This document shows positions 1 through 14,245 of a stretch of 64,000 nucleotides of DNA, piece by piece. The stretch is taken from the NCBI GenBank assembly GCA_002633005.1, contig NMRA01000054.1, forward strand, positions 813,596 through 877,595, in the 5' to 3' direction. Within the stretch, counting starts at the first letter, position 1. The number at the start of each line of letters is the position of its first letter. The notes under the pieces were generated by a model. That model did no database searches and was not told the DNA's origin. It worked only from the letters and a program-made list of their open reading frames with translations. This DNA is from Phoronis australis. Lineage: Eukaryota > Animalia > Phoronida. Both the position numbers and the translations under genes were made by a program.

Positions 1-3000
1 CCACAACGGAAATGAGATTTTAACTTTTTGGTGTTATCCTGGTAGCAAGCATGGTCTTATTTATTTGCTTCTTATATAATAGTAATGGATACTAGACTAC
101 CTACCTTGGGATTGAATGTATGTTTAAATAATAATAGTAGACTCATAAAATTACATGTTTTCAAAATCCTTGATGTTCACGCGAGTTAAAGGCGAGCGGT
201 TAGAGAGTACGGTGGAGACCGCATTGTACACAAGCAAGATGGCTGCCTGTAAAGTGATTGGCTGGTGATGATTTAATATTGAAATATGGTATAGAATTCG
301 CTGTAACGGGTGTTTTCGTTCTGAATGAAGATTTCTCGCGCAAGTTTCTCGCGAATGTCTTGTGTTTACGGAACATAGCCCTGGCCATCCGCATAGGTGT
401 ATGCCTTACGTTTACGCAACGTAGCCCTGGGCATCCGCATAGAAGTAGAATTTATCATTTACAAAATAAGTTATTCATTAACTTCATTTTCATTGTTTGG
501 TGATAGCAGCGAGTATGTTAGTGAAAAAATCTATTTTGATCAAGAACGGCGCGTGTTGCCGGGAGTATCATGCTGGAGGTAAACAGAACCTCTCCAAATC
601 GATGGAACCTCATTTATCCCAGAAAACAATTTCACTATGTATTTAACTGGGGTATATTGTAATGTTCTATTGACATAAGACTCTGCTTGAAGTTTGACTT
701 CGCAATAATCAATCATAAATGCATGCTAAGTGCACAAGTGAACACGTCAGGTACAGCTGGCGGGCACCAGTGGCTATACACATTACAGGTAAGCGAAAGT
801 CAGACATATATTTTATGGCTCAAGTGCTCTATTGGGTCGCTATTTATTACCCATCATAGTTACCAAGAACAAGTGTGTGTGGATCTGTGATGCTTCGTGG
901 TTCCTAAACTGATTGTGGGGATATTTCCATTGAGTGTTTCGGCATCTGTGTTCTATCCAGTCACACAAGAGATTCTGAAGGAGAGCGATAAACAAGATGA
1001 TTGCGACGTGCAGACAATACCTTAATGAGCATTAAACACGTAGTTTTCATACAAAACGTTTTGTGACCACACCTCCAGGCACACGACACGTCAGAGTCAC
1101 ATATAATATTAAATACTGAAAAACACTATTCAGTCTAGGCCTTGCGCACATAATTGGTATCAGTGTAGATTTTCACCTTCTGAATGTCGTATTGTAATGT
1201 CTTTTTAAGTATTGCAGGACAATGAAACAGTCTATATCCTGTTGACACGTTATGAATCGCAGTTGGAGAATTAAATGAGAATTAATTATCAATTATGGTC
1301 GAATTAACTATACAATTAATGGCAAGGCAAAGGTACGTGTGGCGTTCAGGGTTATCACGTGATCATGCGGGGACACTCGGTTTATAATGTATCCTTGATT
1401 ATATGCAAGAGTTGCCTGCTTGTCTGAAAAGGACGTGGGAAAAAATAATTATACGGGGAGTATGCGAAATAAAGGAATTCTTGTATTACCTCACAATGAT
1501 AATTTCAAATTTGAATTTTGATATTGCACAAAAATGCAACTGCAGCTTCCTTCTATCGTTTTTACGTACTTTTACGGCATTTTTATACGTTTTGCAATGT
1601 GTTAATACCAGATATCGAAATAACAATAACACTAGTTACAATAATAATTATAGAATTAATTATAATCATGTTATCATTATGTATTGTTATTAATATTGCT
1701 GTAGTTGCAACAATAATAATAACAATTATGGTAGAGAGTATAAATGCAAGTTACAAAGTGTTACGCTTGTATTCACCTCCGGTATGGTAGTTTCCTGTGT
1801 AGTCTCAGGTGTGACCACATCCGTACTTGCCAACTGGAGTATCAAGCTAGGTATGAAATCAAAATCAACACAAGATAACGTTGACTGATTAGCGCACGGG
1901 GGGTGCACTTTGGCGTCATAACAAGAAGTGTTCAGTGCACAGGGTCATCGACGGTAATTAAAATTTTAGTTGAAGCTGAAATGAAAGTGCATGCAGACAA
2001 TATTGCCCTGTGGTTATTGAGGCCCCATTTTCTCGCTGAGCACGTCACATCCGTTTGTTGTCTGTCACAATAGCGTGTAAAATCATCACCAAGGGACATT
2101 TAAGCTTCTTATTCCTCCCCGAGTTCATATCTTCATATATCTAAACTACAATAAGCGTCCATGTAATTGTTAACTACCGATACTAATCACTACCAGCCGT
2201 GACAAAGGTTGTTGCGATGGAAGAACTTGACGATTTTTTGGATCAGTGGTTAACTGGCGTACGTATTGCTCTATTTATTTCTCAAGTTTTCTTCAGTCAT
2301 TGTACTGGACATACATGGAGAACTAAATTTCCATTCTCGCGAACATTTTCATTCTCACGTCTAGAGACAGTTCTCTATTTATTAAATTGAGGATCACGAG
2401 CAAGCTTGGCGCAGTTGGTGCCTGTGGCGTCTTTTGTAATTAATTAGTGTTGCCACTGGGAGTTTCGCTGGCAGATGAACATTGTGGGCGAGCGTAAGAA
2501 AAGACTCGTGTGAAGGATAGTCTTCTCAGTCCAGTGGCAACTCCCACTTACCACGGGTACCTGGTTAAATTCGTGTTCGGCTGAAATGTAAGGTTTCTAT
2601 ATAATGCAGTGAAAAGGTTTGGGAACAGGATCACTAGCCAAAAACAGTATTTTAGCGTTCAAAATATTCAGTGTTTGCGGGTTCGTTAGTTTGTCATTCC
2701 AGTCCAATGTTATCAGATGCAATTGTGTACGGTTAAAGCGATAGGCCTGGACTCTAGTATTACTGTACGTTGTCAAATTTTACAATAGTACATTTCGATC
2801 AGTAAAATTTACCTTTTAAAACTGAAGTTTAATTTTTTTCCTGGTGACATTTTATGCGAAAGTGAAGACTGGCTTCTTTTTGAAAATTGACCTCCAAACC
2901 CATCCTAACACTGTAACACAGCTCAAAGTCATCACAACGTAGCACCAGATTGCGAAATGATGTCTAATTTCTCCCCAACACACTTGATATCGCTGAATAA

Positions 3001-3295
3001 TGTTTACGTGAGATACCATTTTAACGCCATTCATCATTTACCGCTACAATTACGTCTTCCTTGATGACATTCTTTAAACGAACGACCAGCCTTTCTTACG
3101 GCAAGGCCTTGGTTTCCTTCCATAGTTTAGGGGGCGTAAGTTGGACATGAATCACTCGTGGTCTTAAACTTCGCGGCGAACGAACATGGCCACGTTCAAA
3201 TCTTGGTTTTAAGAAGACCGAAGTCAAACTAGCTATATTGCAAGTGGCCGCGCGCGAGTCGAGCTGCGCCCAACGCCCCGGTGGTCAACCTCAGC

Positions 3296-3415
3296 ATGGA
3301 GCCAAGCCCGGAGATGATGGCGTTACAAGGGGGCCCGGTGGAATACGTGACGTCAAGGATCGAGAGAGGACCTGGAAACAAGCTGGTTAAAACTACACGA
3401 ATTATCACGACTTAC
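3296..3415 (+). CDS. Espin-like candidate first coding exon (MEPSPEMMALQGGPVEYVTSRIERGPGNKLVKTTRIITTY)
   Basis: ATG in cagcATGg context, 40 open codons, phase-0 donor GTAGGA that joins in frame to 4098. Confidence 0.55.
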
Positions 3416-6400
3416 GTAGGAGTTCTATGCACTGTCTTATGATGAAATAACTCTGTTGACTAATTTAGGCCAAGACCCCCGGTGTGCTTGGTCAATACTT
3501 TGAAGTAATGCAATCATTTATGATGTCGAAAGAAAATATTGTGTCCTTCTTTTCCTTTTATCAAGTTTTTCAGAAATACCGTTTGCAATTTATATGACAT
3601 ATAAACAGCAAAATCTTGAAACTGTTTTGCTGTTAAGAATTGCGTTAAAAATTCCTTGTCGTAATAGCAATATTGGTCACCAACGTTTTATATGAAATGA
3701 TACAACGTTGAAAGTTTTGGCCAACCCTTCACAATAACGATCTTTTAAATTCGTTTTACTTGCCGATGCTGTGAACGGTCTATTTTCGAGATGAGGTCAT
3801 TTTCTATCGCGACATGGAACGTTTTTGCGTGTCCGAGTAGTATGGTTTAAAATGAGCATTTTAATCGTGAGTAAAGAAGAAGTGTCCCTTTAAAACTCTG
3901 TTGCTTGAAACTGCACAACTCGTTTTTGAAGAGAAAATATTTTACACAGCCTGATAGTCACCGCCAGTAATTCTCGCTGTTGTCGCCCCTTGTTTAGTAT
4001 TCAGCGCACAGCGTCCAGGGTGCTACGCACACTGCTCTTTAAATACTGTGTTGGACTCCTTGAGCAGTAAGTTACCTGGAAACTATGCGCATTTCAGGTG
4101 ACTGACGAAGCCAATGATTCATACGACGCAATTACGCCACCTAACTTGGCTACAGAGGGCGGTAATGACAAAGTTCTGAGTTGGTTACTCCAGAATAATA
4201 CCATTGACGATAGTGGAAACAGTTCGTTGCACGAACAGTCATCTAACGGAGACCCACAGGTAAACTGGATGAATGTGCCAACTTAAAAAGACCTGAAATA
4301 CATGTTTCAGCATTTCAGTATGAATTTTGAAAGTATAAGGGTTGGTTTCTGGTATTCACATTTTCTTAAATAGTGCACAGTGTTTTTCTTTTTTACTTTA
4401 TTAAAATAGACAATTATTATTCCCGTAAAGCCCCTATGCGCTGTTTTTCGTGACGTCACTGAGACTGCTCAGCAAAAAGTGATATCATTGGCCCTGTGAG
4501 TACATATTCCAGTCAACAGATCAACCTGTGCATACCCACAACCTTAGAGCTATAAACCGGCGGAGGTGCATGCAAAACCTCAGAGTCAACCGACACGCAC
4601 CCAGCCCGCTGCAGCCGTTTAAGTGAAAACAATCTAATAAACGCCATTTTCTCCCATAATTTTCCAGCTTTTGCGACAAAGAAATCAGTCGTCGTTTTGA
4701 AAACAGTACGCTGGTGACACGCGCACGCACCATTTCCTAAAATTTTGTGACATCTCTCGGGAGATGATGACAGCTTCGCAAGATAAAAAATTGTTCTGAA
4801 ACTCGGTTTTCTGGTATTAAACTATCAAGCACTTGTAACGAATTGAGAGCAGTTCCAATGATTTCTTATGACGTTTGCGCAACCTCGTGGATGAGAAGAA
4901 CAGTTGATTTAAAAATAAGGAGAAAAGAAACTGCCAGTGGGTGATGCAATGTTTCATGGCGCCAAAAGCCCGCGCAAAAGATCGCACCACAATTTTAGTA
5001 GCAAAATGACGATAGAATTCTAATTTTTCCAGCACCATCAAAAACTTAGTTTACTCAAGGAAGAGTGTAGTTTTTTATTACATTAATTTTGATCATTTTA
5101 CCCATATCGGAGCAACGGCTGTATATTTAATATACAGCTTTGCACCAAGGCTACGCAGGGTCATGCAGAACGGCATCGTTCTACTAATATTATAAACGAC
5201 ACGGTAGTAAACTTGTATTATGAACTTTTGAGAGCCAAGATGAAAACGTGGAGACTGGCATAACCAGAAAGCAAAGAAATGCACAATTTCGAAATATGGG
5301 AATAAAACTTGTATTACTGTAACAACGTCTAATTTATCCAAATCAAGTAGCCATGAATAAAACCTTGATATATTTCTAGCTAAACTTGTGGACATCCGAA
5401 AAAGCTTTAAGAATTTTTTTTGCGCTCGAAGGACGGCATTACGAAAACATTGTTGCCATTGAAACACAGTCTTCCAGAAAGCTTTATGTACATACATGCA
5501 CCCGCTTATCTGCCATAAAATATCCAGCAGCCTTTGTCGCCTTCAGTAAGTTCGAAGTAATGAGCAGAATTCTGAAAATAATTGGCATCCCAAACAAAAT
5601 TTCTTTGCTGATGAAATCTTACATGAGCTACCGCCGTCAACCCCAAAAGAGGGAGCCACAAGTTGGCGAAAATGTTTCGTTCACGAGTCGACTTTTTAGT
5701 ACTGCTAAACAATTTGTCGCTCAAAAATAGTTCGGCAAAGAGACAATTGACGAGAAAGGGAAGTAGGCGAATTTATAAAAAGCAGAAATGTTCGGTTAGC
5801 ATTGATTTTGATGCCGGGTGTTATATAACATTGTCATACTTTTTTCGTCGGAAAATACCGCTTCTGGGCTGGGTTGCATAAAACTTCAAAATTATCGGCT
5901 GGATAAGTTTGATCGTTACATGAAGTCAGGTGCATTGTTCAACAATAACAAAGTGACGCTTTATAATGCGACGTCATTGTTGCTATAGGGCGTATAACTT
6001 TTATTCAACTGGGCCCTGGTTACATGTGCAGATAATTTGACCCAGTGTAATTAAGATAATGCGCTAGAGTTCGCTAACGAAGTAAATCACAAAAGTGGGT
6101 CTGCGCCTCTTGTCCCTGGTTGTACAATCACAGCGCCATCTGTGGAAGATTACTCTACAAGGATTATACATTGACATGCATAATTCCATAGTCACCAATG
6201 CGCATGCCTTAGTTTGCACGTTTGTCGTGTTGTCGTAAACAAACGACCCAGGAATGAGCTGGACAAGTAAAGGAACTAGTTCTATGCTTTAATAGATGTC
6301 TCACAGAGTCCTCACAGATTATAACTGGTGTGGAATGCATCGATTTAATCAGTTGTTGCAGCGGCCGTAAGTCTCGTATGCAAGTCTCAAATTCCAACCA

Positions 6401-9400
6401 ATAGGAATTTCCGGATACTATTTTTTAACCAATCAGAATGTAAGAATGTTCTTTAAATTTAAACAATACGAAGCCATGAGAATCAAAGTCTCTTCACAAT
6501 GGTAATATCCGTCTCATTGGGAGAGCGTGTACCCCTGACAGAGGCGGATCTACAGGGGGGGTTCGGGGGGTTCAGAGGGAAACCCCCCTCTCGACCTTCC
6601 TTCTGCTCCGGGCTACGCGCCTCGGATTCGCTCGAATCCTAAACCCCCCCCCCCTTACTGAAAACGTAGATCTGCCACTGCCTGATCAAAGACACCCTAC
6701 CCAAGACATCGCCGATATATTTACGAATGGTAATATTGCACAGGCACTTTGCTAGAACGAGTGCAAGCGCTATTGAGCTTTAGCTATTCCATAGTTCTGT
6801 GGAGCAATTTCCTATGAATTTCAATCATTGAAATTCTAAGGAAATCATCAGAGATACTGTGATTATATTTTCAGAATGAGCTTCTAGCTCCGCCAGGATT
6901 TGGTGCACACGGTGGGTGTGATCAAGGTTCTTTTTCAACTGCGAATGACGACACAACGTTAGACGGGTCAGAGCCCATACAGACTGAGACGTTGTACCAT
7001 CAGGTGATTCATGCACAGCACTTTAAAGCTGGTGCACACAATAGTGAAATTGGCCTTNAAACTTGTGGACATCCGAAAAAGCTTTAAGAATTTTTTTTTG
7101 CGCTCGAAGGACGGCATTACGAAAACATTGTTGCCATTGAAACACAGTCTTCCAGAAAGCTTTATGTACATACATGCACCAGCTTATCTGCCATAAAATA
7201 TCCAGCAGCCTTTGTCGCCTTCAGCAAGTTCGAAGTAATGAGCAGAATTCTGAAAATAATTGGCATCCCAAACAAAATTTCTTTGCTGATGAAATCTCAC
7301 ATGAGCTACCGCCGTCAACCCCAAAAGAGGGAGCCACAGGTTGGCGAAAATGTTTCGTTCACGAGTCGACTTTTTAGTACTGCTAATCAATTTGTCGCTC
7401 AAAAATAGTTCGGCAAAGAGACAATAGACGAGAAAGGAAAGTAGGCGAATTTATAAAAAGCAGAAATGTTCGCTTAGCATTGATTTTGATGCCGGGTGTT
7501 ATATAACATTGTCATACTTTTTTCGTCGGAAAATACCGCTTCTGGGCTGGGTTGCATAAAACTTCAAAATTATCCGCTGGATAAGTTTGATCGTTACATG
7601 ACGTCAGGTGCATTGTTCAACAATAACAACGTGACGCTTTATAATGCGACGTCATTGTGGCTATAGGGCGTATAACTTTTATTCAACTGGGCCCTGGTTA
7701 CATGTGCAGATAATTTGACCCAGTGTAATGAAGATAATGCGCTAGAGTTCGCTAACGAAGTAAATTACAAAAGTGGGTCTGCGCCTCTTGTCCCTGATTG
7801 TACAATCACAGCGCCATCTGTGGAAGATTACTCCACAAGGATGATACATTGACATGCAGAATTCCATAGTCACCAATGCGCATGCCTTTGTTTGCACGTT
7901 TGTCGTGTTGTCGTAAACAAACGATCCAGGAATGAGCTGGACAAGTAAAGGAACTAGTTCTATGCTTTAATAGATGTCTCACAGAGTCCTCACAGATTAT
8001 AACTGGTGTGGAATGCATCGATTTAATCAGTTGTTGCAGCAGCCGTAAGTCTCGTATGCAAGTCTCAAATTCCAACCAATAGGAATTTCCGGATATTATT
8101 TTTTAACCAATCAGAATGTATGAATGTTCTTTAAATTTAAACAATACGAAGCCATGAGAATCAAAGTCCCTTCACAATGGTAATATCCGTCTCATTGGGA
8201 GAGCGTGTACCCCTGACAGAGGCGGATCTACAGGGGGGGGGGGGTTCGCGGGGTTCAGAGGGAAACCCCCCTCTCGACCTTCCTTCTGCTCCGGGCTACG
8301 CGCCTCGGATTCGCTCGAATCCTAAACCCCCCCTTACTGAAAACGTAGATCTGCCACTGCCTGATCAAAGACACCCTACCCAAGACATCGCCGATATATT
8401 TACGAATGGTAATATTGCACAGGCACTTTGCTAGAACGAGTGCAAGCGCTATTGAGCTTTAACTATTCCATAGTTCTGTGGAGCAATTTCCTATGAATTT
8501 CAATCATTGAAATTCTAAGGAACTCATCAGAGATACTGTGATTATATTTTCAGAATGAGCTTCTAGCTCCGCCAGGATTTGGTGCACACGGTGGGTGTGA
8601 TCAAGGTTCTTTTTCAACTGCGAATGACGACACAACGTTAGACGGGTCAGAGCCCATACAGACTGAGACGTTGTACCATCAGGTGATTCATGCACAGCAC
8701 TTTAAAGCTGGTGCACACAATAGTGAAATTGGCCTTTTTATGTCGGTAACAATATCTGGGCTGAGTTCCGTAGACGTAACAACCTCGCGAAGGAAGCTAG
8801 TGTGATCATCTGCTTTGCTTGTAATGCATGGCGATATCTCGCAAAGTCTTGCGTCGTCTTTCGTTTTTGCGAGGTTCTGGCGTCTACGTAGCGCACGCCT
8901 TGTGTGGAATAACTTTCTTTCTGCTGCAAATGAACTTTTCCTACACTCCACTGTGCATGGGACGCCTCTCTTTATGAATGGCAGTGTTAAAGGAGAATGT
9001 CACCCGATTTAATTAGTCTTTTTTACTGTCTTAATCGGTCTACAAACACATCACCTCGTATACGGTCGATATTACATCGCCGAGAGATGTCGCGTTAACC
9101 TGCGAGGAAGGTGAGAAACGACGCAGCGACGTCAGTGGTTCTTCTGCAGAGTGAGTGCCGCTATGGTGTGGTGTATCGTTCCCGCTTGTGCGAACTATGA
9201 AGCTGCGAGAAAAGCGGGTATATCGTTTTTTTTTGGATTTCCTCGAGAGCCCACATGATGCTTTGGAAGTGGATCGCGGTAATGAAGAATGAAAAGTACA
9301 CCGTTAACACAAAGTATGAGGCCGTGAAACTTCTCCGTGTCTGTCAGTGGCCAGCATATCGTCGACAGTGATTTCGCTGACGATCAAATGCCGGCTTACC

Positions 9401-12400
9401 AAACAGCTCATGCCAGGGCAGAAAAAGAGACTGAGGCTGAAGTCAGGTGTTATAAATAATGTGTTTCCGTTCGACACGCAGGAGAAAAAGAAACGCGGAT
9501 CGGTTGTTTAGTTTTTGATTATGGAGCATTGTAGTTGACCATGAAAGCATAAACAATTACAATTAATTCAAGGCATGAGAACATAACGTCTTATATGATG
9601 ACTGACTCGTTCGTCAGTATTTTGGTTGGTCCTCTGTGTGTAGCATGTTTTCTTTTTCTCAGCAGCCTATAAAAACGTCGTAAGCACAACTCTGCTTAGA
9701 TGCGGTGCAAATTTAGGATGGTCCGTGAGACTCATCTGCTCTTCTCCAAGAAGGCGTTTCACTTTCGGAATTTCGTGGCACCAAACGCAAGCGTCAGTTG
9801 TTTCCACTATCGTGACACCGTGACAAGTCATTCAAACGGTTTTCGGAGCTATCCATGTGTTCCATCGTCTGTGCACGTTCACGAGCCTCTCTGTTATTTC
9901 TTGATCAGTGTTTTCAGGTTCGAAGTGATAGTCTGTGAAACCTAATAATCGACCTGTGAAGTCTTATTCGGATGAGCACTCGTCCAAGTCGAGATTGCGA
10001 GTTGCCACGTCGGCGTTTATTATTGTGCTTTCTATTTCAAAATGAATTATTCTCATCCTAACCAATGCTTATATGAAACTGAAGCAAAGTCTGTCTCATT
10101 AGATACAACTTATAATGCCTTGGAATGTTCGTGAGTGCAAACGTTTTGAGAGGCCCGCAAAAATAAATCACTGCTTTAGCCCCTTTAGATGCAATAAACT
10201 AATTGACTAGGCACCGAGGCTTTGTGAGTTCATGCTAATTCAGTGTTTGCAGACAGAAAGCTGCTGCGAAACAATAACTCGATTTTATATCCTATGGCTA
10301 GATGCTAGCTGAATCTTTATTTAGATATTCATATACACGTACATTATTCGAATCCTTGTTACTGTACAACTTTTGCCCTGACGGTTTTGTGGGAGGGTAA
10401 CCCGACTTCGCGGCCCCCGACGAGCTAGTAATGCAGTTTCGCGGTTAATTCACCAAAACAATCACGTGCACATTATTTCTTGAGCTCACTAGTACAGTGT
10501 TTTCGCGACTGGAAGTTTAGTTTCCAACTTTGGCTGGTTTATGTTCGTGATGTCTTCAACTGTCCGGCCGTGATGGGCATGATCAGGTTCCGAGCCACTG
10601 ACCGGGATAGCAAGCGTTTTGTGTGTTTAGAACATAAACAACACACAGGTATGTTCTCTTGTCAGTATTTCACGGACAAATAATTCGAATTTAGCACCGA
10701 ACAGAAACCAAACTCCCACGACCGACCTTGGTAAATTGACCAACCGAACTCTATAGGCTACGGTACGTTCAAATACCTAAAAATCCGTAACAGAGAAATA
10801 AAACAACACGTTTGTTCAATAACTCGATGTATTTGTAAGGGTTTTTACTGGTGTAAAACAATGAATTCAAGCTATAAGCTGACACCAGTAAGCGTGTTGT
10901 GAACTGCTGAACAGACTGCGTTCGAACCTCTGACGTCATTGGTTAATTTCAACACCTCCGTCTGCCGTCAGGTGTCAGGTAACAGAGCTGTACTTGTTGT
11001 TATCGAGTGGAACTACTCAATCTAAATTAATACAAAATAGGTTGTTTTTGGGTGGCATTTTCCTTTAACGTTTACAAAAAACAACGACTATGCATGTACA
11101 TATGTATAACCATGCGTAACGGAATATCAACTATCGACACGATGTGGGTGTTTTGATTGTTGCCAAACTCTATAAGTAAACTACTGTGGCTGTAAATGCG
11201 TGGAAACGGATGTGATTTGATTTCTCCATACTATACATCTAACGATATATATACATGAACTAGAGTAATTAAGTTTTGCGATACAGTTAGTCGGTCAAGA
11301 GACAACAATTACGCAAAAAATGTCTAAAACCAGCAAAACTAATGGGTGATAAAACGTTTTTTTGTCTTTTTAGTTTCTAAAGTTAAGGTTACAAGTCCAT
11401 GGATAGAAATAGTAAGTCCATTACCAACTGTTAAGTTCTTTGTTAAATGGTATCACTCTGTACGCGTTTCATTTCGTTTACAGTACTGTTCCAAAAGCAG
11501 AAAATGAACAGGACTTGTTTTTGTTTTCTCAGAGATTCCAAAGCGCACCTCACCAAAGTACAGTAATGGGATTGGCGAACAGTAAACACAAAGGTTTTGG
11601 TAAGAAGTCTAGTTTGTTATAGTTCATGAATGCCACGTTGATCTGCATAGATCATCTACAAGCAAGCTTTGTATTACAAATAAAACTTAAACGATAAACA
11701 TTTAAGTATTCATGTTCCCCCACTCTTGGGTCCTTTTTGAAAGTCGTACATAAACATTAATCCATTTGTGACGTTGAAAATTGTTGACAGCACCCGTAGC
11801 ATGTCGAATACAGTGTTTTTCTTTCAGGTTCTGCATATCACGAAGGTGTCCACTACCCAGGCTCTGAAATAAAGACGCCTCTCCCGGATTATGACGACGA
11901 GCCTGCTCTACAAAATACAGTGGTCAGTCAAATAGCTCCTCCGACGGAGTTTATGGACATTCCGCCGCCTCCGAACTATCCAGCCCCATCTCCTCCGAAA
12001 TTGTCAAATAGGTCATACTTACCAGAACGGTCTGCATCAATGCCGTCAATATATTCTGCTTTCCCGCACCAACAGTTTTACTATGACCCAGAAATTGCCC
12101 GCAGGATGTCGCTACATGTAATTCACGAAAACGCCTTACCCATGCAATATAATCCCTATGCTGTAGCTCCAGCGGTGCCATCACAAGGATACATATACCC
12201 TCCTCAGGGATATACGTACGGTCTTCAGCCAGGCATGTGTCAGCCACAATACCCGTATTTTCCTCCCGTTATTCCCCCTCCCCCGTCGTTCCAACCCCCA
12301 TCTCCTCCTGTTCAAAGAGCTCATCAAGCGTCGACAGTGCACCCAACAGCGACGTCAGCAGCACCTGTGAAAAAAATTACACCCCCTCCCCCGTCATTCA

Positions 12401-14202
12401 CCCCACCACCTCCGCCATTGTGCACGCAGTCTTCAAATTCGCTCTACCAGAACAGTGGCGCTTTAATCCGAGACCATCAAGTTGGCGCACGAATGTCCAG
12501 CTCGGAGAGCTATGAAGCACTTTTGAAAAAATATAGCACGGACGCGCACGAGTTCCCACCTCCCCCACCAGCTGAGCACCAAACAACACAACGTGAAAAG
12601 CAGGAAACTCAACAGCATGAACGTAAATCCTCACATTCAGAAAATCTGAAACCATCTGAAGCAACACCAACAACGGTGTCAACAGAGCCACCTATTGCGG
12701 AGCCTCAAACGCACTTTGATGCACCAGATGATCCGATTTACTCCACAATTCAAAACGTCGACGGTAAACCACAAACAGAATGTGTAGCTATTGAGAAAAA
12801 ACAGAAGAATAAAAAAGATAACAAAAAGAAGGAAAAGACAGAAAAGGGTACATTAAGTAAATTTTTCGGCAAAAGGTCTAAATCAACGTCAAAAATCCCT
12901 GAAGTGTTCTCCGAAGCCCCCCCTCCTCCACCGCCTCCTCCTGCTGTGGCAGTACCTCCCCCGCCGCCACCACCTGTGTTGGAACCAACAGCCAAGAGTT
13001 CGTCTCACAGGTAATTGTGAGCAAAACTTAATACATTAAGTGAAAATGGTTACTTTTGCATGTGCATTCCATGCTCATTCAAGTTACTTTGGCTTTACAT
13101 TCAGAAAGCAACTCATTCAAATAACATGTTTTCGAACTGGCAAACCCCCGGAAGCGCTTTTCGAATGTTATCCACTGCAAGATACATCTTTGCGCAATAC
13201 TAAATTAATTTATCAGTGTAGTCAAGATTTGAACACGAGTCTTACAAATGGGTATCTTCCTAAACTCAAACCGTTGAGCCACACTCTACCCTCAGCCCAT
13301 TCGTGTTGTTTCCATAACGACCACTCCCACCTTTTCGTCAGCTCGTCTAGTCTATTTACAAAACAGCTTGAAGTATTAAAACTATCATGCACACAAAAAC
13401 AAACATGTGATCCCTAACATATTTTTAAAAGAAATTTTTTGTTCGAGATTAATGAAATTTTAAAGTCTGTATTCCTCTTTTGAGCAGACGAAAGAGCGAC
13501 GCTAACTCCAACACCCAATCGCCTCCCGGTGATTTGCTGGCAGAGCTGAGAGCTGCCAATGGCGTGACGTCGTTGAAGAAGTTTTCGCCGAATGCTGACG
13601 AGATTCACCGCCAAAGTGCTCTGCCATCATCAGCCGACGCCAGGTCAAGCCTTTTGGCAGAGATAAAGGCTGCCAATGGAATGAAGTCGCTTCGCAAACG
13701 CCCAGAAAGGAATTCAAATCGTGATTTGGACCTCGGTGACACTACAAACACCGCAAGCCCTAAACCAGTTGATTTACTTTCGGAATTAAAAGCTTCAAAC
13801 GGGAAAATGTCTTTAAGACGCACTAAAAAACCTGCAAAGTGGGGTGCTGAATTAGGTTTGTCTGAAATTAATGAAAACCCTGGACAGGCTGACGATGGAA
13901 AATCGGAAGAGGACCACGAACCTATATATCATGTGCCATTGAAGAAATCACAGGTATGATAAAGATATGAAATTATATTAAGAGCCCAACGTTTTGAGCA
14001 TCACTCTTACCTGTGCAGTGTTGACTTCCGACTTAACTTCCTCCTGCATTCTATCATATCTATTGCGAAATAGCATTATACAATTTTTATCCACCTATGT
14101 CAGTAATGGCACCGGCTTTCAACATCTTTCTCAATTTTACATTTCTCTTGAATTTAGGTATGTATGTATGTATGCATGCGTGCGTGCGTGCTTGTCCGTG
14201 TA

Positions 14203-14245
<43 letters not shown>

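Larger units (their letters stand above)
5382..8736. repeat. ~1.68-kb near-identical tandem duplication (5382-7057, 7059-8736) joined at a single N; probable haplotype/assembly artefact
   Basis: Copies differ by scattered SNPs and homopolymer lengths; the junction is exactly the N at 7058. Confidence 0.9.
8991..11064 (+). mobile_element. Kolobok-type DNA transposon, decayed/non-autonomous (2074 bp), in espin-like intron 2
   Basis: TTAA at both sides (8987-8990, 11065-11068). 15-bp imperfect TIR AGGAGAATGTCACCC / AGGAAAATGCCACCC. THAP remnant on + and KolX-like remnant on -. A second copy of the left end starts at 63764. Confidence 0.8.

Noticed and set aside
1403-1790. Asn-rich and Ile-rich ORFs
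   Set aside because: AT-rich low-complexity (AAT)-like tract.
2408-2480. tRNA gene
   Set aside because: A-box only; no B-box/T-loop or cloverleaf.
11951-13823. Alternative-frame and antisense ORFs overlapping the espin-like exons
   Set aside because: Shadows of GC-richer coding exons; no independent motifs or splice support.
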